Assembly: GCA_965235115.1 (NCBI GenBank)
Contig: OZ249448.1
Span: 682,001 to 746,000, forward strand
Origin: Laetmonice hystrix
Lineage: Eukaryota
Direction of reading: 5' to 3'
Length of the DNA: 64,000 nt
The translations under genes and the position numbers were made by a program. Shown here in pieces: positions 26,801 to 37,346 of the stretch (its first letter is position 1; each line of letters opens with the position of its first letter). The notes beneath the pieces are model-generated. The model ran no database searches. It was not told the origin of the DNA and saw only the letters and a program-made list of their open reading frames with translations.

Positions 26801-29218
26801 GCCTGGAGTGACACATTACGAGCGTCGGTTCGTGTGTGATGGATCAGGTTCAGGCCGTAAGTAATATTTTTTGGTCATGTAACTCTAATAGTGTACCTGA
26901 TCTAAAATTGAATCTGTTGGACAATAGGGGCAAAGGAGAAGAGTCGTAGACATAATAATACTGTCTGGAATAAAAGGTCCTACTTCAAAATTAAAGAGGT
27001 ATAATTTTACCATCCAGAGTGTCAGAATACCTTCCAACAGACAGCAAGAATGCATACAGAAGGAGGCGTGTTAAGATCAGATGCCACAACAGTGTCCTCA
27101 TGCGATAGTGCCTGCATATCAGCAAATCCAACATGTTATGGTTACGACATTGTAAGGACTGGCAACACTATTATTCAATGTTGGTTGAATACCAACCAAA
27201 ATGCATTCAATAACCTGAAACCAATGGAAACTGCCACAAACTACAAGAGGAACTGTGCTGGTGGTAAGCTTGGCTTAATTTCTCCATTAATACCTACGAG
27301 ACGTCAATTAGGCTAGGCCTAAATGTTTCCCTTTAAATTTCGACCAATGGTTTGATTATGCCATGGAGAAATATAAACTGGTATTAGGGTAAAAAGGTTA
27401 ATCTTACAATGATATAAGAATGTTTTGTTATTTAGACATAAATACCAGTGGTTCTGGCATATATGTCCGTCCTACAGGATATACCCTTTTCCCTGCAACA
27501 AAGTGTAACTTATACCCATATTTATTGATCGTTGCAGGAAGTTGTCTTGATTCATTCGCAAAGAGACCGAACCGTAACACTCCTGGTGGTCAGGAGAATA
27601 ATGCCAACTCCGTTGAAGCCTGTATGGGGGCCTGCCGATCAACCCCGACTTGTTATGGCTTTGATTTCAATACCAGGAATCAGCCACCCAGGATGTGTTA
27701 CCTGCACTTCCTGAGCAGTGCGCTTGATAATACACAGGTTCTTAATGGAGTTGATAGCTACAAACGGAACTTCGAGTGCAACACTATCGGCAGGGCAGAT
27801 TCTGGAGGTAGGCAGGCCTTCTACAGTGGCGTATCCAAGAGGTTTCCAAGTGTCCCAGAACCCTCCCCCTTAAAAACATTTAATATATTAAGGACATTTT
27901 GGTAAAAAAGGGGGTGTAAAATGCATTATTTTAACCAAAGGAAACCTTCATATTTCCACACAAGATGTCCCGGGATTGCATTATTTGATGTCTTTTTTGC
28001 CAGAGAACCATGTCCTATAATGGCCATCTTTGAAGTACCTAAACTTTGGAAATCCCAATTAAAAAATTTCTGGATACGCCACTGTTCTATTATAAAGTGT
28101 TGTACAACTCCGTACTCCATGGCGTGAATAGCGCCCTGAGACAACCCCCCCCCCCCTCCCCCAAATGGTTGTGACATCAGAGTTTACATAGGCTTATAGT
28201 ACATGGGCAGCCCCAGATCCGAAACCTCCTGGGAAAGACATTCACAGTTACAGGTCCACTTATAGACTAATGGCCCTCCCCTTCCTGTTTGCGGCGCCTA
28301 TTATGTGCAAAATACTCACAGTTATTTTTTACACGAGTTGCATTGTAGTCTCTATATGGGCTAGTGGACTCCTACATTTTTTGACGGACTCCTAAATTTG
28401 GCAACTTGAGAGTCCTGCTGTCTCCTAAAAAGCCGAGGTCAATACGAGATATAATTACCTTTCACCCTTATAGCTACACCTATACATGATATATATCAAT
28501 ATGATGACCATACACTAGCTCGTAGGCCTATGGAGGAAAATGAAATATAATTGGACTCCGATGTATGCAGAATTTACATTTTGAACCAGCCCGCCAATGG
28601 TAATATCCTAGCCAGTATCATCTGCTGATACTCTCTCCACAGGGGCGGCGGATACTGATAGACACAGCATGCAAAAATAATGGAAATACGTTCTTACACA
28701 TCTCCTAAACCCTGCCCAATGCATGTATTACAGTAAATTGTTATCATTGCTATTTCAGTTTGTGGTGGATTCCTTAACCTGAGGGCACGCAATAAAGAGG
28801 GTATTTCCAATGACGAATGCAACGATCTATGCAAGCAAGACAAGTCTTGCCTTATGTTTAAGTGGGAGAACAAGCGAACAATTACAGGACAATTATGTTG
28901 TCTCTACTACGATCCCTCAACAACGTCAGCAAGTGAGTATTCGTTTTTAGTGACTAAATGAGCGAGTGTCACTGAGGGAGTAAAAGTACATCAGAATGAA
29001 GAGGTAACCAGTTTTCTTCTTATCCTATCTGGATCGTTTCACCTTTGGGTGTGTGGGTGTGAGGGCGGGGAGGGGGGCAATCAAAGGATTTGGGGTGTAG
29101 GCCTAACTTGGGGGGGGGGGTGTAACTGATTTCGTTTTAGGGGCGTCTATAGTCTATAGGCCTAACTTTCATTTAAAATACACTACGCACCTTTCATTCA
29201 GCACCCACGACACCATAG
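94..29218 (+). CDS. Giant multi-PAN/Apple-domain protein (5'-incomplete; >=2,430 aa in window; 27 complete six-Cys PAN-type domains + 1 degenerate)
   Basis: All exons are bounded by AG/GT and join in frame at phase 1. Micro-exons (15 nt): 94-108, 2097-2111, 4102-4116, 6098-6112, 8095-8109, 10091-10105, 12087-12101, 14084-14098, 16080-16094, 18085-18099, 20121-20135, 22161-22175, 24203-24217, 26086-26100. Exon A (258 nt): 536-793, 2539-2796, 4544-4801, 6540-6797, 8537-8794, 10533-10790, 12529-12786, 14526-14783, 16522-16779, 18513-18770, 20553-20810, 22593-22850. Exon B (252 nt): 1650-1901, 3655-3906, 5651-5902, 7648-7899, 9644-9895, 11640-11891, 13637-13888, 15633-15884, 17638-17889, 19674-19925, 21714-21965, 23755-24006. 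Terminal exons: 26599-26856, 27018-27263, 27538-27807, 28759-28932, 29202-29218. Each domain reads Cxxx F ... CxxxC-x5/6-CYG(F/Y)D ... CWL ... YxRxxC/YxRxC, the six-Cys PAN/Apple pattern. Confidence 0.88.
17890..24390 (+). repeat. Tandem array of ~2.04-kb units, subfamily II (3 units plus the start of a fourth)
   Basis: Period is 2040 bp (ORFs at 18584, 20624, 22664). Introns and exon A clearly diverge from subfamily I, and the micro-exon reads ATTPG instead of VTTPG. Confidence 0.95.
26599..26856 (+). CDS. Divergent terminal PAN exon (A-type)
   Basis: ttatacag|GATGT...TCAGGCC|gtaagt, 258 nt. Reads CQDPFTDTQNKHARDG...CMTACRTSGQRCYGFDF...CWLF...HYERRFVC. Confidence 0.9.
27018..27263 (+). CDS. 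Divergent terminal PAN exon (B-type)
   Basis: catccag|AGTGT...GCTGGTG|gtaagc, 246 nt. Reads CQNTFQQTARMHTEGG...CDSACISANPTCYGYD...CWL...NYKRNC. Confidence 0.9.
27538..27807 (+). CDS. Unique PAN exon (C-type)
   Basis: gttgcag|GAAGT...TCTGGAG|gtagg, 270 nt. Reads SCLDSFAKRPNRNTPGG...CMGACRSTPTCYGFDF...CYLHF...SYKRNFEC. Confidence 0.88.
27824..28084. mobile_element. MITE, 261 bp, 14-bp perfect TIR, 5-bp TSD
   Basis: CAGTGGCGTATCCA ... TGGATACGCCACTG, flanked by TTCTA/TTCTA; non-coding interior. Confidence 0.85.
28759..28932 (+). CDS. Degenerate/truncated PAN-like exon (D-type)
   Basis: tatttcag|TTTGT...GCAA|gtgagt, 174 nt. Reads VCGGFLNLRARNKEGISNDECNDLCKQDKSCLMFKWENKRTITGQLCCLYYDPSTTSA; it lacks the terminal YxRxC. 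Confidence 0.75.
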
Positions 29219-29533
29219 TGGAGAACACGAAGACGGAAAGGGCCTTAACTGCTGCTGCTACTGAAGTCTTCTCCGATGTGGGACAAAAACGTGAGCGGCA
29301 AGCTTCAATCCTTAGTGTAAGGAAGGCCGTTCACAAGAAGAACGTGCGAGTACGAAGTATGCTGCAGCACCACCGCGGTTCCTACGGATAGCAAACAAAT
29401 CACAAATATCATACTCATAACCAACATAATTCACACACGTGCCATAAGTGCAAATGTAAATGACAGTTTTCAGACGGATATGTAACTTAAATGTGGAAAA
29501 TGTAGATAAATTTAGTGACCTCTGAACGTGAAC

Positions 29534-29563
29534 AATAAATGGATGGCAATGCCTGGGAATAAA
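29534..29563 (+). promoter_or_regulatory. Candidate polyadenylation signals of the PAN gene (AATAAA x2)
   Basis: AATAAA at 29534-29539 and 29558-29563, about 0.3 kb after the predicted stop. Confidence 0.5.
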
Positions 29564-31114
29564 ATGATCACGGGATCAGTGCACGCCATAGCTACGCGGG
29601 GAGGACTCTATAAGTTACTTTGGTTATGTATAATTATAAAGGCAAGCTCCTAAAATAATGTAATTACTGAGAACCACTGATTGGGCCTAAAATATACATG
29701 ATGCAACAAAACGATAAAGATAACATCAAATAAACATATTTCATATAGATTTGTGTGTTTATCGTAGTATACCTAGCCCCAGTCTTGAATGTGCCTAAAC
29801 GGTATAAGTTCATGCAGAGTCTCAAAGATTATGTATCTTTTCCGGAAGGGGGGGAGGCAAAATGCTGGATCTCACCCGGCTTTACTGATGTATTCAAGGA
29901 CCCTCCGGAACTCTAGCCTAGGTGTCATTTTGAGCCGCAACCTTTGCGGGCTTCCTGAATGAGAACTGTCCCTTTGTTGGCGACGTGCACCCTAACATCC
30001 TCTATAATATTAAGCGTTAAGTATATGCCTATAATACCTGAAACCGACTCCAGGGGCAGATCTAGGGTTTATATTCGGGGGGGGGGGGGGGTCCAGCATA
30101 AAAAGGGCAAACAGAGCTATATTCAGGAGGGAGGGGCCCTGCATAAAAAGGGCACATCAAGAAACAGCAATCTTATCACGAAAACGGGGGCATTGAAAGT
30201 CACTTGTCACATTCGGGGAAAATATATCGCAAATTCATTAATTACATGTATCGTTAAGAAACACAAAACTACCATCAAGATCTTTTTTATTATTTTGTTT
30301 TTACTTTTCATACAAATACTTCTAAAAACAGGTTCGGTCACATGGCGTTAAAAACTGGACGGAATGAATTGGTACAGGTATTCAAGTAATTGTACTTAAG
30401 TTGCCTTTCTTATGTACATATTTACATGGGTATACTAGTTGATACCTTGAGCCGCACAGGCTAACATACAAATAATTGTGAATAACAATATGAAAAGGAA
30501 TATAAAAAAAGTACCGTCCAAGAACCTCGACATCCCAGGTGTAAATATAAATAAATGTCGTCACATATTCTTCATGGATTCTACCACTTGAGATTGCTTG
30601 CCTGAATCGCATCCTCACAGCTCGCATTATTCCATAATTTTACGACCACTAATCACTGAATTGCATGGAAAATGGTACAACCGATAAAACTTGATGAATC
30701 TAACGTGTAATGTAACCAATTGGGCCAAGTATATCGAAGGCCAGTCCCCAGTCTGGCCCATGCGTGAACTCAGCCATCCCGACAGCTTGGACGGTACAGT
30801 TCTGTTTCACACCACCCTTGGCTCCAAATTTCTTTGTAATATGTGGAACTTGCAAGGGTCGAGTCGCTAACAAGATCCTTATCAAGATCACCACCCTGAG
30901 GTAGCAGATCTCACACCGTAACACAGGCCCACACTGTCCTTGCCAACATTAACATGTTTAGACGCTGATGGCACCTTCTCAGGGTCAGAAAGAGACGAAT
31001 GCTTCAAAGCGCTGTCCACCTCCCCACAAATTTCAGAAGAAGTCATCCCAACCCGTTGAAGTGCAAAGCGACTGGCCTACAAGATCTACCGAACGAAAAC
31101 ATCCGGCAACTTTC

Positions 31115-31228
31115 TCAGTCTTCATCTTCTTCAGGGGCAGACTCTTTCAGTTTCAGTTCAAAGCATAAACAGTTGATGTTTTCACACTCAGGTATCTGGC
31201 ATTGGCAAGCGCAGTTGAAGTTTCCACA
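31115..31228 (-). CDS. Alternative terminal exon b of the Cys-rich TM gene (paralogous Cys block + short acidic tail)
   Basis: ttttttccag| acceptor, 114 nt. Reads CGNFNCACQCQIPECENINCLCFELKLKESAPEEDED*. Confidence 0.78.
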   Translation of the reverse strand, partial: CGNFNCACQCQIPECENINCLCFELKLKESAPEEDED

Positions 31229-34200
31229 CTGGAAAAAAATAAGTACATCGAGTTATACATTCGTCACCACAATACCTACATAAACGAATCCTCTTAAAAC
31301 TTTGTGGAAAACTCTTTTTTTTAACTCTCACAAGATCTTTTTCCGATTCAAAAATTCTATCTGAATAGGACTTAATTTTAACAAAAGGATTCTTGGAGAA
31401 TTTAATAAATTAATGGAATTTGGAGTATGGAAGCCTTACTATTGACTTAAAATGGGACATGCCCTCGACATGCCCTTAACCAGTGATTGAATGTAATCTC
31501 GAAACCGTAATTGCATACTGAAAGGTGAACATGCAGGTTTGTCTCTATTACCGGGCTACTACGTAACGCAAACTCCAAACAAAATGATCAGAAAAAAACG
31601 AGCTACACGGCATACAATTGAAAATAATATACTTTCGGACTTTTTCATGCAACGTCCAATCAAATGAAACGCAAAAACCTCTACTTCACCACGGCAAATA
31701 CCCTGGCATTAACTATAAAACCTACGGACTATTATTGCATGATCTATGGTACAGTATTTCGCTTCAAATGAAACATAAACTACAATAAACCAGTAAAGTC
31801 CTTTGTAGATTCAACGCAACTAAGCAAATAATCTGAAAATAAAAACAAAGAAACGTCTGCAAAGTAACATTGAACATTATGGGTGATACTTTACATAGAG
31901 GCATTCCAGTGCCAGTGCTGTTCAATTCTACTTTGCTCAAAATGGACTAAAAGCTCTTATCGTTGGGTTTCTGAATTCTGTCGTGTTTGGACTATTTATT
32001 GAAATACACGATTTGCTTGGAATCATGCATGACTGTGTGTGAGGTACAAAAATCCGAATCTGGCATTTGGAGTTACGAGAAACGGTGAGCACGAGCAAGC
32101 AGTGCGAGTGTTGCAGGATACAGAACCATCACAAACTCAACTACATCCATGCTTCATGCAGACTATCACCAACGTTTATCTAAAACCAGAACTTTCCATA
32201 CGATGACATTTACTTGCGAGGGCAGATTTTGTCGTGAAAATCAGGGGTTAACTTCAGTATGGAGCAGCGGCAGCTACAGACGATCCAGTAGTTTGTGGAG
32301 GACCTGGCAGGGGACCCTGAGCTGTGAACATGGCTGATGCATCTTGGTATGCCACAGCCCCACCTGGTGGGGGAATAGGGAGATTACGAGGACCCCCTGT
32401 GCCTTCGTTTAACTGCCCGAGGTGCGGGGGAGGATAGTACCCTGCTGGAGCAGGTCCCCCAAAAGCAGGATTGTATCCGGGGGGATATGAGTTTGGGTAT
32501 CCTGGATAAGGTTCCGTTGGGACAGGGGGATGTTGGGCAGCACCCCCCTTCAGAGAAATCTCAAAGCAGCAGCAGTTGACGGTCTCACATTCCGGAGTGT
32601 TGCACTGACATTGGCAGTCACAACACGCCTAGATAGGAACAAAATAGAAACACAGAGGTTTCAGTGGTTTTCATTCAGGGATACATGTATCAACGGAATA
32701 GTTTACAATTCAGTAGTGAAACGTGATTGATAATTTTGCTGATTCCTGAATAGAAACTTCACGGTTATAACCACACATTTATGTACATTTGATGCTGCCA
32801 AAGGTCAAGAACAAATTATACATTCATGCTGGCAGCTTAAAAATGAAATTCACCGGGACAACTAACATTTCAATCCTAATTGGTGTTATGATCGACCCGA
32901 GAAAAATGTAATCCTTTCTCATTTAGTTTTAATTGGTAAATCATGCCTACAACAGCTTATTAAGTTCTAGGCCTGTTAACATTCCAAAATTTATATTCCC
33001 TGTCTCTAAGAGCTGCAGTTATTGATACATGACTATAATATTTCTATTTTAATAATCCCCTTAAAGTGCTACCAACATCACATAGGCACCTTTACTGATC
33101 TGTTCGCCTAAGAGCTCGACCTCGGCCCCATTAAATTTAAAGCTATTACTTCATTTAGGGTAATACAGAACCACATGGAATTTGGTCATATTCTTGAATG
33201 ACAGGCGGTGATGACTTGTGATACACCAGCTGTGGGTAGACGGGAGGAGGGGGGCAGGTCAGAGCTTTAATGAGGCTGAGGTCGAGCTCTTCTTAGAGCG
33301 AACAAACTACAGATAGATCACTGTGAGTTGTAGATGGGCCCGGTTTTTCTGATAAATTCTCTCAGAAAGTAACATTTGTAAAAAAAATGCTCAAAGACTT
33401 AAAAGTAAAAAAGAAATTGAAAAAGGACAAAATCCAATACTGTGAACAGTAAATACAAAAGGAACACAAACTTGAAACTGCCTATTACGGTTCTACTCAC
33501 ACTCACAGTGGCACATTTTGCTTTGTGACAAGCTGTGTCGCAACAGTCCTGTCCTTCACAACTACAACAGCTTTCTGGCTGGACGGCTAGAACTCCGCCA
33601 GTACATGGCAAACAACTACATTGTCTTTCTGATACAGGGTCTTCATGATTCCAACAAGAACTGCCTTCAAAACACATCGGGCACCTTCTTGAATCTTGGT
33701 CCTGAACTGATCTCAGACAAGACATCCATTCCCAACTGTTCTGCTGGCAGTCCATACAATTCTGTTCACCAATCAATCGAAATCATTGCCGTTTCACGTT
33801 CTAAGCAATGGCAATAGTATTTCTGACTTAGCGTGTGAATTCTACAGAGCCAAATGTTATGTAACAAGGGGTCCGTGTCCTTCATGTGTAACATGTGTAA
33901 GTGTAAAGTCCACAAAAAAAACTTTGCTAATAAAATGTCTGTGTGTAATACACCATTGAAGGTACTTACTCCTATATGAGACGGTCCTTCCTACCTTCTT
34001 TAGAAAGCAGGTAGGAAGGTATTGTGTAAAACTACACAATACCCCCCGTCATTACAATAACTAATTTCTTTCGGATCTTTTGCAACCATTGATCAAATGC
34101 TTCAGAGTCCATACCTACATGAACTGTTCATAATCTACGCTGTGGGAAAGGAAGGGTGATACCAAACAACTCTTCAAGTTCATAAAAAAAAAAATCTGTG

Positions 34201-36503
34201 GCAGAATATTTCATCGCTCTCCAATCATGGCAGACGATATAAAATGAAATTGTCTCATAAACAATATAAACGGCACACAAGTATCTTTCTTCTTAGAAAA
34301 GTTAATGAGCTGTGCCACATAAGTTGTACTTGAAACTCAATTTGTGACAATCTTAATAACATTTCATTTTCTTTACAGTAGTTTTCGTGACCAAAAGGTA
34401 GAACAAGCTACCACCCTATGATTCTACACAAATGTTCTGTTATTTTGATACTTTGGAGTTGACCAAAGTCTCCTAACAACATATCAGACGACATCAACAG
34501 ATGTGAGTGATAAATCAAGTAATTTGTTTTTCAGGATTACAAAGATTTGATTATTTTGAATACTTACATCACACAGTGGCTCCTTGCTGCCACAACATCC
34601 ACCATCAGGGCCAACACAGCACTGACACATGATGATGTCTGCACAGTCCATTTGCTGTCAACAATTAAACAGTTTCATATGTCACACAAATACATGTATG
34701 AAAAAAAAATATCATCATTAAAAGCAGAGGTACACAGGGTACCAAGCCTACCTGTAGACTTTGTACTTTAAAAAGTACTTTGTCTCCATGATGTGTATGT
34801 AATGACATCTTTACTTCCTAACACAAATATCAATAAGGCTGGCCTTAAAAAATTGTTCTAAAGAATTTTCTGGGAAAACTGAAAAAAAAAAATTGAAAAT
34901 GGAAGACGTCTAAAAAAATAATTTCCAACCGCAATGTTTCGAGTCATACGGCCAGATTCTTCGGAACAAGCACTTTTTTTAAGGTCAGCCTAAAACTGAC
35001 TGTTGGGTGCATGAAGATTGAGGTTAAAGAATGATTTAAATCCACCCTGCTCACCCGTCGTGCAGGACAGATGGAATCAAGACAGGCCTCTATGTTAGGC
35101 GATCTGCAGCAGTTGGCACTCTCGGCACATGACACACAACATTCACAACACTGCAGTTCTCCTTCCTTGCCGCACCAAGCACAATTCTCGACACAGATTC
35201 CACGTTGCTGTAAAGTGATCATTTGTAGAGATTAAAACCATAGAATACACAAACTTTATTTGATAAAGTAATGTAAAAAAAAAAGAGGTTCCAGCATGAG
35301 ATCATAATATCACAACATGAACCGGTGTAGTACCAGCGGCAGATTCGAGGGGAGGGGGGAGGGATAACACATTTATCAGATGACAGGCCTAATAAAAACT
35401 TCTGCAGGGCGGCACTTTAACCTTTTTAGTTTATTCCTGGGCAGTTAAAATCGTGGGCACATACCTGCACAACCCCACCCCCCCTCCCAGCGCCAACCTA
35501 GATCCGCCCCAGAGCCCATTGAGCCTGGGATGGCTTAATAATGCTAACTGGTATGTTTTATTATCAAAGACTTTTGCCATATTACTGGGAGATGGACACA
35601 GAGGACAGACTTTCTGGACTTACAAGAAGAACTTGTCGGATGATGATTAGGATGAACATGAGGACCACATAGCCACCGATTGCGATACAGAGTATTGCTG
35701 CGAGAGGAAGGCCTGCTTCACCACTTGGAGTCGGAACTGTGGCTGGGCTCTGTATGGGAATATAAATAATATAGACCCTTTATCTTTGGATCGAGGTAGC
35801 CATTTCATTTCAGAAATACACATGCATACAACAGCTCGCTATTTATAGGCCTCCACCTAGGCTACGGTTGGAGTGTACCGCTGCCGGAATGTACCCCAAG
35901 TCGGAATGAACCGGGGGTTAGTCAGAATGTACCACCCCATGGGTCGCCGCCGCGGTGCTACTGTACTGGTCACACACACTGTACTAACCCTAACCCTAAC
36001 CATATGGGCAGGCGGTCGAAATGGTCCGGCCCTGCAAGCCAGTAGCGTACCCGGGGGGGGGGGGGGGGGGGGGGGGTGCTTTGGGTGCTCAAGCATCCCT
36101 CTCAATTTGCCCAATTTTTTTTTTTTTTTGGTGCGCTTGTTGCCCACAGCCCCCCCTCACAATTTGCAGCGCCTACGACGTTGGTTATTTCCAGCACCCC
36201 CCTGGGTCCAGTTTCTGGGTACGCCACTGCAAGACATACTGTCTTACACTTTGTTCCACTTGTTAGGCCTACAAGTACAACTTCAAATACAAGTTAGGCC
36301 TAACGTTACAACTTACAATTTACATTACAAGTCCGGCAACCCCCTTCTTTAGTACTTTACCTTGCCAGTGCGTGGCAGTGCTTCTGACCATGTTCTGACT
36401 GAGGCCAACAAGTTAGGCCTACCTACAACTTACAAGTTCTTACAGTTGTGTATAACAGTTGTGCAGTCGCACACTACTCGTATAATATACTTACATCTGC
36501 CAT
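31115..36503 (-). CDS. Uncharacterised single-pass membrane protein with Cys-rich cytoplasmic region and two alternative terminal exons
   Basis: Minus-strand exons, all phase 0: 36495-36503 (MAD, in-frame stop 6 nt upstream, gtaagt donor); 35624-35749 (SPATVPTPSGEAGLPLAAILCIAIGGYVVLMFILIIIRQVLL, hydrophobic helix); 35055-35207; 34568-34654; 33507-33578 (or -33761); then either 32254-32628 or 31115-31228. Splice sites are canonical, and about 35 of ~126 residues after the TM helix are Cys. Confidence 0.82.
32254..32628 (-). CDS. Alternative terminal exon a of the Cys-rich TM gene (Cys block + Pro/Tyr/Gly-rich tail with PPGY)
   Basis: ttcctatctag| acceptor, 375 nt open to TGA. Reads ACCDCQCQCNTPECETVNCCCFEISLKGGAAQHPPVPTEPYPGYPNSYPPGY...VAAAAPY*. 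AATAAA on the - strand at 31995-32000. Confidence 0.8.
   Translation of the reverse strand, partial: ACCDCQCQCNTPECETVNCCCFEISLKGGAAQHPPVPTEPYPGYPNSYPPGYNPAFGGPAPAGYYPPPHLGQLNEGTGGPRNLPIPPPGGAVAYQDASAMFTAQGPLPGPPQTTGSSVAAAAPY
33101..33304. repeat. Imperfect inverted repeat (hairpin or degenerate MITE) in an intron of the Cys-rich gene
   Basis: AAGAGCTCGACCTCGGCCCCATTAAA (33110-33135) matches the reverse complement of 33266-33291 with 2 mismatches. Weaker similarity extends outward (TGTTCGC..TAAG). Confidence 0.7.
36040..36229. mobile_element. MITE, 190 bp, same terminal type as 27824-28084
   Basis: CAGTAGCGTACCC ... GGGTACGCCACTG (1 mismatch); flanks CAAGC/CAAGA (4 of 5 match); internal poly-G and poly-T tracts. 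Confidence 0.7.
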
Positions 36504-37346
36504 CCTTTATAATTTACTTTCGTTTTTAGGCGCTGACGACGCCTCGGGCACGCACTGACTGAAGCTGCATGTCTCAACAGATCGGCCGTCCCAACCATCC
36601 GCTCTGAACGCGTCCCGCCGTCAGAACTTTGGCCGGTGTCAGACTGCCTCCGTATCTGAAGGGCTGGAGATTAATTATTGAAACATCTCTTTCGTCTCCT
36701 GGTGAATTCAGCATCAAAGATACAGTAACGGTGACTCGAGATACGGCGTTGTGTTGCCACACAAATGGTTACACCTATTGTCGCTCAACGGGCAGTTGAG
36801 TCGGAGCGAGTGAGTCCTTCCTCTGTGACGGAAGTGGCATAATGTTAGCAGTAGCGTACATAATACTATAGAGCTTCTTAAGCAGTCTGCTTAGAAAAAA
36901 AGGACAAACCGCAAACAAAAGTTCTCCAATTAATCAATTATTTACTTCAGAAACATCCTGCCAGGTAATGCCACCCTGTGACATCCGTCCCTACTTTATT
37001 AGCCAGTAGTAACGTTAGGCCATGTGTACCTGTCACTAGTGTCAGTCACTGTCAGATCTGTCAGTGTCAGTGCAAAATTAATATTGAAATGATATTAAAT
37101 AGATCTTTTGCGGTTCCTTTGAGTATGCTTCACAAAAGCGTGTATTGTTACCACCTAATCATAAGAGCCAGAGGAGAAAAACTTTTGATTTTTCCTTTTT
37201 CTGTTTAATCATAAGTTGTTACACTGCTGTGCCCGTTCTCATGCCGCTGCTTGATGCTTTGGTGAAGGGTTGCATCCTGTTGACCTTTGACCTTTCATCG
37301 TAAAGCAGCTGGGCGTGTACCAGAAAGAGTAAGGTAGGAGAGAAGG
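36504..37346. promoter_or_regulatory. Putative bidirectional promoter between the Cys-rich TM gene and PXMP2
   Basis: The two start codons are divergent and 843 bp apart. The interval is CpG-richer than its surroundings and has an ETS-type CGGAAGT at 36829-36835. Confidence 0.5.

Noticed and set aside
35984-36001. Telomere-type (TAACCC)3
   Set aside because: Only three units, embedded in a probable repeat fragment; not evidence of an interstitial telomere.
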